64,000 bases of DNA from Gaiellales bacterium (GTDB lineage Bacteria > Actinomycetota > Thermoleophilia > Gaiellales > Gaiellaceae), in NCBI GenBank assembly GCA_038237145.1, contig JBBRZA010000002.1, positions 7,202 through 71,201 on the forward strand, given 5' to 3'. Below, piece after piece: positions 36,480 to 44,417 of this stretch. The first letter of the stretch is position 1; each line of letters begins with the position of its first letter. The notes beneath the pieces are model-generated. The model saw nothing but the letters and a program-made list of their open reading frames with translations, was not told where the DNA came from and searched no databases. A program made the position numbers and the translations under genes.

Positions 36480-37460
36480 ATGCTGATCACTCGTACACCG
36501 CTCCGGATCTCGATCGGCGGCGGCGGAACCGACCTCGCCTCGTACTACTCGCGGCACGGCGGCTTCGTCATCTCCGCCGCGATCGACAGACACGTCTATA
36601 TCGCCATCAACCGGACGTTCACCGATGACTACTTCCTGAAGTACGCCGCGCTCGAGCGTGTCAACGGCATCGACGAGATCGAGCATCCGATCATCCGGAC
36701 GGCCCTCCAACTCCATCCCGTCGGGCCGTCGCTGGAGATCGTCAGCGTGGCGGACATCCCGGCGGGAACAGGCCTCGGCTCGTCCGGCACGTTCACGGTC
36801 GGGCTCCTGCGCGCGCTGCACGCATACAAGCGCGAGCCCGTGACGCCTGGCGACCTCGCAGAGGAGGCCTGTCACATCGAGATCGATCTGCTCGATCGTC
36901 CCGCGGGCAAGCAGGATCAGTACATCGCCTCGTTCGGCGGGATCACCTGCTTCCAGATCGAGCCCGATGGGCGCGTGCACGTGTCGCCGCTCAACATCAG
37001 CACCTCGACGCTGCACGATCTCGAAGAGCATCTGCTGATGTTCTTCACGGGCTACTCGCGCCGTGCAGAGGAGCTGCTCGACGATCAGCGTCAGCGCACC
37101 GAAGCGGGTGACGAGATCATGATCGGCGCGATGCGCGCTGTTGAGCAAATCGGCGTTGAGATACGCACAGCGCTCGAGGAGGGCGCCACCGCCGACTTCG
37201 GCGAGCTGATGCACGAGCACTGGGTGCGAAAGCGTGAGCGCTCAAAGGGAATGTCGCGACCTGAGATCGACGATGCGTACGACGCAGCGATCGCGAACGG
37301 CGCGCTCGGCGGCAAGCTCACCGGCGCCGGCGGCGGCGGCTTCCTCGTCGTGTACGCAGCCGACCCCAAGGCGGTGCGCAAGAAGATGTCGGAACTGGGG
37401 CTCCCGGAGGTGAGGTTCGGCTTCGACCACGACGGGTCGACGCTGCTCGTCCGTGAGTGA
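36480..37460 (+). CDS. hddA: GHMP-family sugar kinase, D-glycero-alpha-D-manno-heptose 7-phosphate kinase type
   Basis: TRTPLRISIGGGGTDL, DIPAGTGLGSSGTFTVGL (GHMP motif II), GKQDQY, GGKLTGAGGGGFL (motif III). Confidence 0.8.
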   Translation: MLITRTPLRISIGGGGTDLASYYSRHGGFVISAAIDRHVYIAINRTFTDDYFLKYAALERVNGIDEIEHPIIRTALQLHPVGPSLEIVSVADIPAGTGLGSSGTFTVGLLRALHAYKREPVTPGDLAEEACHIEIDLLDRPAGKQDQYIASFGGITCFQIEPDGRVHVSPLNISTSTLHDLEEHLLMFFTGYSRRAEELLDDQRQRTEAGDEIMIGAMRAVEQIGVEIRTALEEGATADFGELMHEHWVRKRERSKGMSRPEIDDAYDAAIANGALGGKLTGAGGGGFLVVYAADPKAVRKKMSELGLPEVRFGFDHDGSTLLVRE

Positions 37461-38148
37461 GTGCGTCATCCTCGCCGGCGGGGTCGCGTCGCGACTCGGG
37501 GCGCAAGCCGGCGACCTGCCGAAGACGCTCGTCCCCGTCGGAGGCCGCCCGTTCGCCGACCACCAGCTGACGTGGCTCGCGGAGCAGGGTGTCGGCGAAG
37601 TCGTCTACTGCATCGGCTACCGCGGCGACCAGATCCGCGACTACGTCGGCGAGGGCGAGCGCTGGGGGTTGAACGTGACGTATGTCGACGAAGGCGCCGA
37701 CCTGCGCGGAACCGGCGGAGCTCTGCGCCTGGCCTACGACGATGGGGTTTTGGCCGAGAGCTATGCAGTGCTCTACGGCGATTCCTATCTGGACGTGGAT
37801 CTCCCACGCGTCCACGAGGCATTTCGTGCATCGGAGCAGCCCGCGCTGATGACCGTCCTCAGGAACGAACGGAGGTGGGACAAGAGCAATGCCGACTTCG
37901 ATGGAGCGCTCGTGACCCGCTATTCCAAGACGGAGGGAGCCTTCGAGTGGATCGACTACGGCCTCTCCGTCCTGACGCGCAACATCGCGAGCGAGATCCC
38001 AAACGACGAACCTGCGGACCTCGCGGAGCTCTACACGCGACTCAGCGGCGAGGGGCGGCTCGCCGGCTTCGAGGTGACTGAGCGCTTCTACGAGATCGGC
38101 TCGCCGAACGGACTCGCCGAGCTCGAGCGCTTCCTCGGCTCAGCTTAG
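37453..38148 (+). CDS. hddC: sugar-1-phosphate nucleotidyltransferase, D-glycero-alpha-D-manno-heptose 1-phosphate guanylyltransferase type
   Basis: GTG 37453 overlaps the hddA end. ILAGGVASRLG...PKTLVPVGGRPF (GxGxR NTP-transferase motif), GTGGAL, YGDSYLD, FYEIGSP. Confidence 0.75.
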   Translation: MSECVILAGGVASRLGAQAGDLPKTLVPVGGRPFADHQLTWLAEQGVGEVVYCIGYRGDQIRDYVGEGERWGLNVTYVDEGADLRGTGGALRLAYDDGVLAESYAVLYGDSYLDVDLPRVHEAFRASEQPALMTVLRNERRWDKSNADFDGALVTRYSKTEGAFEWIDYGLSVLTRNIASEIPNDEPADLAELYTRLSGEGRLAGFEVTERFYEIGSPNGLAELERFLGSA

Positions 38149-38155
38149 GGCCGCG

Positions 38156-39097
38156 TTAACGGAGGTCTTTGTTCGACTCCATGTCGAACCACATGGCGAA
38201 CAGCGTGAACTGCGAACCGAAGATCAGCAACAACGCAACGAGCACGACGGTGCCCACCGACACGGCGTTGCCCATGAACCGCAGGACCACTTCCGCGATG
38301 CCGAGCCCCAGGCCGAGCAGGGTCATCAGGAAGCCGAAGGCGTAGAAGAAGACGAGCGGGTGGAAGTCCCGGATCACGTACTTCTCGCGCATCCGCCAGA
38401 AGAAGCCCTTCACGAGGAGCCACGAGATACGCGGAATGACCTTCCGGATCTTGATGCCCGACTGCTCGCCGACGCCGTAGACCGGACGCGACGGGATGTC
38501 CCGCACCCTTGCGTTCCACACGTTCAGATGGACGAGCATGTCGTTCGGCATCCCGTAGCCGGGATAGATCCGGTCGAGGTCGAGCTGCTCGAGAATCTCG
38601 CGGCTGGCCGCCGTGTACCCCGACTGCGAGTCGGCGACGTGCCAGTACCCCGACGCGATCTTCGTCAGCAACGAGAGAACCGCATTGCCGAGGTAACGGG
38701 AGCGCGGGATCACGCGCCAGGCTTCCCCCGAGATGAGACGGTTCGCCTTGGCGTACTCGAGCTCGCCCCGCGCGACCGGGAGGGCGATCTTCTTCAGATC
38801 GGTCGGATCCATCTGGTTGTCGGCAGCCATCACGCAGACAACCTCGCTCCCCTCGACGAGTGCACGCTGGTACCCCGTCACGATCGCCGCGCCGACCCCG
38901 GAGTTGCGTTCGTGCGTCACCACCTCGACGCGCGGGTCTCCGGCGGCGCGGGCGGCTGCCGCAGTGCCGTCGCGGGACGCGTCGTCGACGACGAAGATCC
39001 GGTCGACGAAATCAGGGACGCCCTGGATGGTCGTCGCGACGAGCGTTTCTTCGTCGTAGGCGGGAACGACCACCGCCACCGTCTTGCCTTCCAGCAT
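38156..39097 (-). CDS. GT2 glycosyltransferase with 2 C-terminal TM helices (GtrB-like)
   Basis: VAVVVPAYDEE, FVVDDASRDGT, MAADNQMDP, SQSGY, and the C-terminal helices FFYAFGFLMTLLGLGLG / VVLVALLLIFGSQF. Confidence 0.85.
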   Translation of the reverse strand: MLEGKTVAVVVPAYDEETLVATTIQGVPDFVDRIFVVDDASRDGTAAAARAAGDPRVEVVTHERNSGVGAAIVTGYQRALVEGSEVVCVMAADNQMDPTDLKKIALPVARGELEYAKANRLISGEAWRVIPRSRYLGNAVLSLLTKIASGYWHVADSQSGYTAASREILEQLDLDRIYPGYGMPNDMLVHLNVWNARVRDIPSRPVYGVGEQSGIKIRKVIPRISWLLVKGFFWRMREKYVIRDFHPLVFFYAFGFLMTLLGLGLGIAEVVLRFMGNAVSVGTVVLVALLLIFGSQFTLFAMWFDMESNKDLR

Positions 39098-39144
39098 TAG
39101 CCCGAGCGACGGCGCCTGAGCGTCGCTCGCCTGCGGCTCGCTCC

Positions 39145-39171
39145 CGTGAGGGAAACCATGTTTCCCTCACG
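39145..39171 (-). promoter_or_regulatory. perfect palindrome CGTGAGGGAAAC-N3-GTTTCCCTCACG upstream of the GT2 gene; as RNA it sequesters a GAGGG SD-like element and an AUG
   Basis: The 12-bp arms 39145-39156 and 39160-39171 flank the centre CAT/ATG. The minus-strand RNA would be GUGAGGGAAAC-AUG-GUUUCCCUCAC. The AUG opens a 20-codon ORF ending in TAATG on the GT2 start at 39097. Confidence 0.5.
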
Positions 39172-39242
39172 AGCTCCCTTCTTTAGGTGTCGCCTCAGCC
39201 CTCGCGCCGCTGAGATCGCCGCGTGGGCCGAGGAGAACGAGA

Positions 39243-39264
39243 GGGGAAACCTCACGGTTTCCCC
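39243..39264 (-). terminator. hairpin GGGGAAACC-N4-GGTTTCCCC with the wzz-like stop codon in the loop (terminator/attenuator candidate; related in sequence to the 39145-39171 palindrome)
   Basis: 9-bp arms at 39243-39251 and 39256-39264. The loop TCAC is GUGA on the minus-strand RNA. No U-tract follows. Confidence 0.4.
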
Positions 39265-40106
39265 CGCTGCCCCTTCCGTCGCTCATCGGGCAGACGCCGC
39301 CCGATGAGCGGCTCCCACGCGAGCGCCGCGAACAAGCCCACGAGCAGGCCGAGGAACGCCGCGACGACGACCGAGTTTCGGCGGCTCCGTGCGGTCGTCT
39401 TCACCGCCGCCGCGCGCGTGAGCACCTTCGGCCGCTCGACCTCTTCGGCCTGGATCAGGAGCTGCTTCGCCTGAAGCTCGTCGTCGAGGACGTCTGCGAG
39501 GTGAACGCCGAACACCGCCTTCGCGGTCGGGTCACCGGAGCTCTCGGCCTGCCGCTCGATCACAGCAACCTCCTGCTCATCCGCGGCGATGCGTTGCTTC
39601 AGGATGTCGATCTTCTTCTCCGTGTACGGCGCGAGCCGCTGTACGACGAGGCGCGCGAGCGCGTTCGCGGCGACCTGCGCCTTCCGTCTCGTCGCCGCCT
39701 GCACGGTGATCTGAACGAGGGGGTTCGCGGTACGAACGGTGCCCGTTGTGGTACCGGCCGAGATCGTCTTCGTCGAAACGTGGCCACGCAGATCCCCGGC
39801 TCGCATGCCGGCCTGCGTTGCGGCCCGCTGGATCGCGTCCTCCGAGCGGACGATCGTCCCGACGGTCGCCGGGTTCGCCTGCAGGCCCTGGAGAGGGACG
39901 CTGCCGATGACGCTGTAGGGCGCGCCGACGAAGATCGTCGAGCTCGCCTTCCAGACCTGGGAGCCCCCGAGGGAGATGAGATAGCCGATCAGAACGCCGA
40001 CGAGCAACCCGGCGACGGGGAGCCACCAGTGAGCGACGATCGCGCTCCAGTAGCGGCCGAGATCGACTTCCCGCTCGGCTTCGAGATCCACGTCAGGCGT
40101 GTTCAA
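39252..40106 (-). CDS. wzz: Wzz-like polysaccharide co-polymerase / chain-length determinant (PCP family, no kinase domain)
   Basis: N-terminal TM (WWLPVAGLLVGVLIGYLI), a long hydrophilic coiled-coil-like middle section, and a C-terminal TM (VVVAAFLGLLVGLFAALAW). TTG 40106 is in a TTGA overlap with the upstream stop. Confidence 0.7.
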   Translation of the reverse strand: MNTPDVDLEAEREVDLGRYWSAIVAHWWLPVAGLLVGVLIGYLISLGGSQVWKASSTIFVGAPYSVIGSVPLQGLQANPATVGTIVRSEDAIQRAATQAGMRAGDLRGHVSTKTISAGTTTGTVRTANPLVQITVQAATRRKAQVAANALARLVVQRLAPYTEKKIDILKQRIAADEQEVAVIERQAESSGDPTAKAVFGVHLADVLDDELQAKQLLIQAEEVERPKVLTRAAAVKTTARSRRNSVVVAAFLGLLVGLFAALAWEPLIGRRLPDERRKGQRGKP

Positions 40107-41020
40107 GGCGCGGCGACTCTAACCGAGGCCCATTCCCACTGGGCCCGCAAGCCGTCTTCGAGTGGGGTCGTGGCGCGCCAGCCGAGGTCGCGCCCGATCC
40201 TGGTCGCGTCCGCGGAGGTGCGCCTCACGTCGCCGGCGGCCGCAGGGCTCTCGACGAGGTCGAGGGCGCGGTCCGACACTCGTTCCAACGTCGCGATCGC
40301 CTCGCGCATCGTCGCCTCCTCGCCGCCGCCGACGTTGTAGACGGACCCCGCCGGGGCGCGCTCCATCGCCGCCATCGTCGCCTCGACCCCATCGGCGACG
40401 TACGTGAACGAACGGGACTGGAGCCCGTCGCCGTAGAGCTCGAACGAAGAGCCACGCGCAAGCGCGTCGACGATGCGGGCGAGCGCCATGTCGGGACGCT
40501 GGCGCGGGCCGTAGAAGGTGAAGTAGCGCAGGACAACAGCGTCGAGCCCGAAACCCTGCGCGTAGGCGTGCGCAAGTTGCTCGCAACCGAGCTTCGTGAT
40601 CCCGTACGGGGAGATCGGGCGCGGCTCGGTCTCCTCCGGCGTCGGATACCGCTCCGCATCTCCATAGATCGACGACGACGACGCGAAGACGACCCGGACG
40701 CCCGCGGACGCGGCGGCCTCGAATACTCTTCGGCTCGCGAGCAGGTTGCGGCGCACGTACTCCTCGAACACGTCGCCGAAGCTGCGTACTCCCGGCTGGC
40801 CCGCGAGGTGGAAGATGCCGTCGACGCCGTCGAGGTCGAGGTCCTCCTCGGCTAAGTCGAGCCGCACGACGTCGAGCCCGGCCGCATTCTCTTCCTTCAA
40901 GGCCGGGTCGTAGTAATCCGTGAAGCAATCGATCGCGACGACTTCGTGCTCGCCCTCAAGCAGCTTCTCCGCCAGCTGCGAGCCGATGAACCCCGCCGCA
41001 CCCGTGACTACATATTTCAT
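40103..41020 (-). CDS. NAD-dependent NDP-sugar epimerase (extended SDR; UDP-glucose/UDP-glucuronate 4-epimerase-like)
   Basis: MKYVVTGAAGFIGSQL, SPYGITKL, RYFTFYGPRQRPDMA, LYGDGLQSRSFTYV. Confidence 0.85.
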   Translation of the reverse strand: MKYVVTGAAGFIGSQLAEKLLEGEHEVVAIDCFTDYYDPALKEENAAGLDVVRLDLAEEDLDLDGVDGIFHLAGQPGVRSFGDVFEEYVRRNLLASRRVFEAAASAGVRVVFASSSSIYGDAERYPTPEETEPRPISPYGITKLGCEQLAHAYAQGFGLDAVVLRYFTFYGPRQRPDMALARIVDALARGSSFELYGDGLQSRSFTYVADGVEATMAAMERAPAGSVYNVGGGEEATMREAIATLERVSDRALDLVESPAAAGDVRRTSADATRIGRDLGWRATTPLEDGLRAQWEWASVRVAAP

Positions 41021-41988
41021 TCGGCGGGGGCGAGAGGCTTCAACGTCCCGTCGCCGTTCGGAGTGAGACTGAGATCGGAGAAGAAACGCGTCATGACGAT
41101 GCCCTCGCGGAAGTCGCCGAGGCGCGGCTCGGGGTGCTCACCCCGCGCGAGTGCAAGCGCGAGCTCGGGATAGCGTCCTCCGGCCGCGAGCGGCAATGGG
41201 AAGCCGCCGCCAAACCGCGTGTTGATGTCGGTGAGGTAGTGGGATCCGTCGGATTCACGGAAGCACTGGATGTTCGCCGGCCCGACGAGCTCGAGCTTCT
41301 CGGAGACGTCGCGCGCCAGTTCGATCAGCTGCTCGTCGCGGATGCTCATCCCCTTGATCGACTCGCCTCCCTTCGACTCGATCATCGTGCGAGGGATCGC
41401 GTTGAGGCAGCGCCCTTCGAGGTCGCAGAACACGTCGATCGAGAACTCCTCGCCGCCGAGACACGACTGTACGATCGAGTCGACCGGCGTGTAGCCGAGG
41501 AAGAAGCCGAGCTGAGCGGGGTCGGCAGCGCGGTAGATGTGCCGCGAGCCGAAGCCGTGGCGCGCTTTCACCAGCAGCGGAAACGTCGCGTCGTCCGGCA
41601 CGCCTTTCGGCAGCCACGTCGGAGGCGACGCGATCCCACGCTCCTCGAAGAGGAGATGCGCCAGGTACTTGTCCTCGAGACGCTCGACGATCTCCGCGTC
41701 CGGCAGGAGCACGACCGCCCCAAGCTCGTCGCGCGAGTGTGCGAGCAGGACCTGGTCGAGATCGGTCAGCGGCACGATCAAGCGGACGTCGTACTGCTCG
41801 ACGAGTGAGCGCAGAGCCGGGATGTAGTCCGGGTCGTCCACCCTCGGGACAAGGGCGTGCTCATCGGCGTGGTAGAGCGCCGGCGCGAGCGGGTTGGCAT
41901 CCGCCGCAACAGCTGTGGCGCCGGCCCGGCGAAACGCGCCCACGATGTCGACGCGCTGCCCGGCACACGTGAAGAGAACGGCCGTCAC
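41017..41988 (-). CDS. ATP-grasp domain enzyme (carboxylate-amine ligase type)
   Basis: Start GTG 41988 (VTAVLFTCAGQRVDIV), 5 nt after the upstream stop. FPLLVKARHGFGSRHI, SIVQSCLGGEEFSIDVF, YLTDINTRFGGGFP. ATGA overlap with the epimerase start. Confidence 0.7.
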   Translation of the reverse strand: MTAVLFTCAGQRVDIVGAFRRAGATAVAADANPLAPALYHADEHALVPRVDDPDYIPALRSLVEQYDVRLIVPLTDLDQVLLAHSRDELGAVVLLPDAEIVERLEDKYLAHLLFEERGIASPPTWLPKGVPDDATFPLLVKARHGFGSRHIYRAADPAQLGFFLGYTPVDSIVQSCLGGEEFSIDVFCDLEGRCLNAIPRTMIESKGGESIKGMSIRDEQLIELARDVSEKLELVGPANIQCFRESDGSHYLTDINTRFGGGFPLPLAAGGRYPELALALARGEHPEPRLGDFREGIVMTRFFSDLSLTPNGDGTLKPLAPAE

Positions 41989-41993
41989 GGCGG

Positions 41994-43196
41994 TCAGTAC
42001 AGCAGGAACGGCAGACTTGCGAGCGCCGAGGCGGCCAGGATCGCGGCCACGACGAGACGCGTGAGCCCGGGAAGCCTGTCCACCGCGTAGCCGAAGGCGA
42101 GCGCCCAGGCCGGGGCTGTCGTGAGCATGTAGCTCGCCTTCAGAACGTCCCCGTCCGGCGTGGGATAGCTGATCGTGAAATAGAGGTAGCCCAGGATCCC
42201 GAGTCCCGGCAGCAGAGCGGCGGGCAGACGTGCAGGCACTTGCCGCGAGCGTGCTAGCAGCACGGCCCAGCCCACGATCGCGAGCGCCGTCGGCAGCAAG
42301 CCGAGAATGCTCTGGCGCTCGCGACTCCCTCTCCACACGCCGAAGTAATCGCCCCAGACCTCGCTGTAGGTCGTCGGGATCGCTTCGTTGCGAAAGTGCG
42401 GCCGGATCGGATCGGTGACGACGTCCGGCAGTCCGAGGCCGACGTAGAACCGAGCCGGACGCCGGTCCCAGATCGCCTCCTGCTTCGTGGGACGGTCGAA
42501 GACCGGATTACCGTACTCGATCGCCTGCCGGACGTACCAGGGTGCCGTGACCACCACAGTCGCGGCGACGATCACGAGCAACGGCCTCCACGCGCGCGCG
42601 GCTGCGAACCCGAGCACCACCGCGGCGAAGGTCCAGAGTGAGAAGGCGCGCACCAGCTGCGCCAAACCCAGGGCAATGCCCGTTGCCACGGCGAACTGCC
42701 AGCTGTACTGATGACGGCCGAGCATGCGGCTCGCGAGCAGCAGCGCGACCGCGCACAGGAGCATCGACAACGGCTCGGGATGGAACATCGCGCCCACACG
42801 CAAGACGACCGGTAAGAAGCAGAAGAACGCGAGCGCGGAGAGCTGCAACCACGGACGGCGCGGAAAGAGCTCGCGTGAGAGCAGCCAAAGCACGCCGGCG
42901 GTCGCAAGCAGTACGAGCCAGTTCAGCACCTGGCCGAGCTTGTGCGGATCTCCGGCATGAACGTGCTCGCCGACGACGGTCGCCGCGCCGGCGAGCGCAT
43001 AGAACACGGGCGGCGTGTAGTACTCGCTGCGCGACTCCGGGCCGGGAATCTCCCCGTGGTGGATCAGCAGGTCGGCGTACTCGCGATGCTGGCGCACGTC
43101 GTAGCCTGCGCCGCTCGGATATTTGTAGGCGTTCCAGCCCGCGACCAGCGCGAGTACTGCAATCAGCCCCGCGGCCGCGAGCGCGCTACGAGGCAA
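41994..43196 (-). CDS. GT-C-like polytopic membrane protein (ArnT/PMT_2-like)
   Basis: Hydrophobic throughout, about 10 helices. N-terminal loop YKYPSGAGYDVRQHREYADLL...YYTPPVFY. The start is uncertain: TTG 43196 overlaps the upstream stop by 11 nt, and the track start at 43265 would overlap by 80 nt. Confidence 0.6.
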   Translation of the reverse strand: MPRSALAAAGLIAVLALVAGWNAYKYPSGAGYDVRQHREYADLLIHHGEIPGPESRSEYYTPPVFYALAGAATVVGEHVHAGDPHKLGQVLNWLVLLATAGVLWLLSRELFPRRPWLQLSALAFFCFLPVVLRVGAMFHPEPLSMLLCAVALLLASRMLGRHQYSWQFAVATGIALGLAQLVRAFSLWTFAAVVLGFAAARAWRPLLVIVAATVVVTAPWYVRQAIEYGNPVFDRPTKQEAIWDRRPARFYVGLGLPDVVTDPIRPHFRNEAIPTTYSEVWGDYFGVWRGSRERQSILGLLPTALAIVGWAVLLARSRQVPARLPAALLPGLGILGYLYFTISYPTPDGDVLKASYMLTTAPAWALAFGYAVDRLPGLTRLVVAAILAASALASLPFLLY

Positions 43197-44388
43197 GCTC
43201 GAGCAGAAGGTCGCGGTAGCGGCGCACGGCGACAGAACGATCGGCCTCGCGCTCGACCCACTCACGCCCGCGCGCCCCCATCCCCTCCAGGTCGTATTTG
43301 CCGTCGTGCGCGTCGCGGATCGCGCGCGCGAGCAGTTCAGGACGCCCAGACGGCACCACGATGCCGCAGTCCGCCTGCCGCACGACCTGCACCGTCTCGC
43401 TCTCCTCGTCCGCCGCGACGATCACCGGCTTTGCAACCGCAAGAATTCCGTAGAGCCGGCTGGGGACGACGTAGCCTGCAAGCCCGGGCGCGAGACCGAC
43501 CACGTGGATGTCGGCGGCGGAAAGCGAATGCGGCAGGACGCCCTGCGATTGGTAGTAGAGGAACTGGACCTGGTCGACTTCGAGCCGCGACGCCAACGCA
43601 ACGAGCTCCGCGTGACGCGCCCCCATGCCGATGATGGCAATCCGCACGTCGTCGAGATCGCGCAGGAATGTGGCAGCGCGGACGAGCGAATCGAGGTCCT
43701 GTGCATGGCCGACGTTGCCGCTGTGCATGACGACGAACTTCTTGTCGAGACCAAAGCCCTTGGCCCATTCGTTCCCTCCGACGGAGGGCTCGAGCCGCTT
43801 GGTGTCGACCCAGTTGGGTATCACGCGCACGCGCCCCGGTGGGGCTCCCTTCTCCTCCAGCCGAAGGCGCATCGTGTCTCCGATCGCGACTATGCGGTCC
43901 GCACGCCGAAGATAGAGCGAAACGAGCCCTCGGAGCACACTCATCACTGCACGATTCTCGAGCCGCTTGAGCTGTACGGCTATCTCCGGGAAGACGTCCT
44001 GACTGATGACGACGAGCGGCACGCGGTAGCGGCGCGCAACGGCGAGCCCGATGGCACCGATGATCGGTGGATCGGTCATGCACAGGACGACGTCAGGTTT
44101 CGGCCCGCGCAGGCCACTGAGTAGCGCGTTGCCGAGATAGGTGAGGTAGTTCGAGGCCCGAGCCGCAATCTTTGAGCGCTCGAAGGAAGTTGAAGGGACG
44201 CGCACGATCTCGACGCCTTTCTGAACCGCCAGTCGAGGGTCCCCCTCGTGGCCATGAAGGACTCCGGTGACGACACGTACGTCCATGTCCTCGGCCAGCG
44301 CCTCGCACAGCTCGGTCAGGAGCTGCGCCGTCGCCTCGACGCCGGGCCAGTAGTACTGGTTCAGAACCAGTAGGCGCATTCTCCGCAC
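43186..44388 (-). CDS. GT4 glycosyltransferase (WcaI-like)
   Basis: LLVLNQYYWPGVEATAQLLTEL is a WcaI-type N-terminus. NWVD..., SGNVGHAQD, VVPSRLYGILAVAKPVI. GTG 44388 is preceded by TACCCT-N6; alternative ATG 44379. Confidence 0.85.
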   Translation of the reverse strand: MRRMRLLVLNQYYWPGVEATAQLLTELCEALAEDMDVRVVTGVLHGHEGDPRLAVQKGVEIVRVPSTSFERSKIAARASNYLTYLGNALLSGLRGPKPDVVLCMTDPPIIGAIGLAVARRYRVPLVVISQDVFPEIAVQLKRLENRAVMSVLRGLVSLYLRRADRIVAIGDTMRLRLEEKGAPPGRVRVIPNWVDTKRLEPSVGGNEWAKGFGLDKKFVVMHSGNVGHAQDLDSLVRAATFLRDLDDVRIAIIGMGARHAELVALASRLEVDQVQFLYYQSQGVLPHSLSAADIHVVGLAPGLAGYVVPSRLYGILAVAKPVIVAADEESETVQVVRQADCGIVVPSGRPELLARAIRDAHDGKYDLEGMGARGREWVEREADRSVAVRRYRDLLLELAS

Positions 44389-44394
44389 CGCGCA

Positions 44395-44400
44395 AGGGTA
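44395..44400 (-). promoter_or_regulatory. -10-like hexamer TACCCT, 6 nt upstream of GTG 44388
   Basis: Minus strand reads TACCCT TGCGCG GTG. Confidence 0.4.
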
Positions 44401-44410
44401 GTGCCCTCGC

Positions 44411-44416
44411 TAGCCT
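44411..44416 (+). promoter_or_regulatory. -10-like hexamer TAGCCT, 7 nt upstream of in-frame GTG 44424
   Basis: Plus strand reads TAGCCT CGTGCCT GTG. Confidence 0.35.
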
Positions 44417-44417
44417 C

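Noticed and set aside
39158-39307. 49-codon plus-strand ORF starting at the ATG in the centre of the 39145-39171 palindrome
   Set aside because: It is antisense to the 3' end of the wzz-like gene, has shadow-like composition (Ala/Pro/Arg), and no downstream plus-strand gene would make use of it. The minus-strand uORF fits the operon direction.
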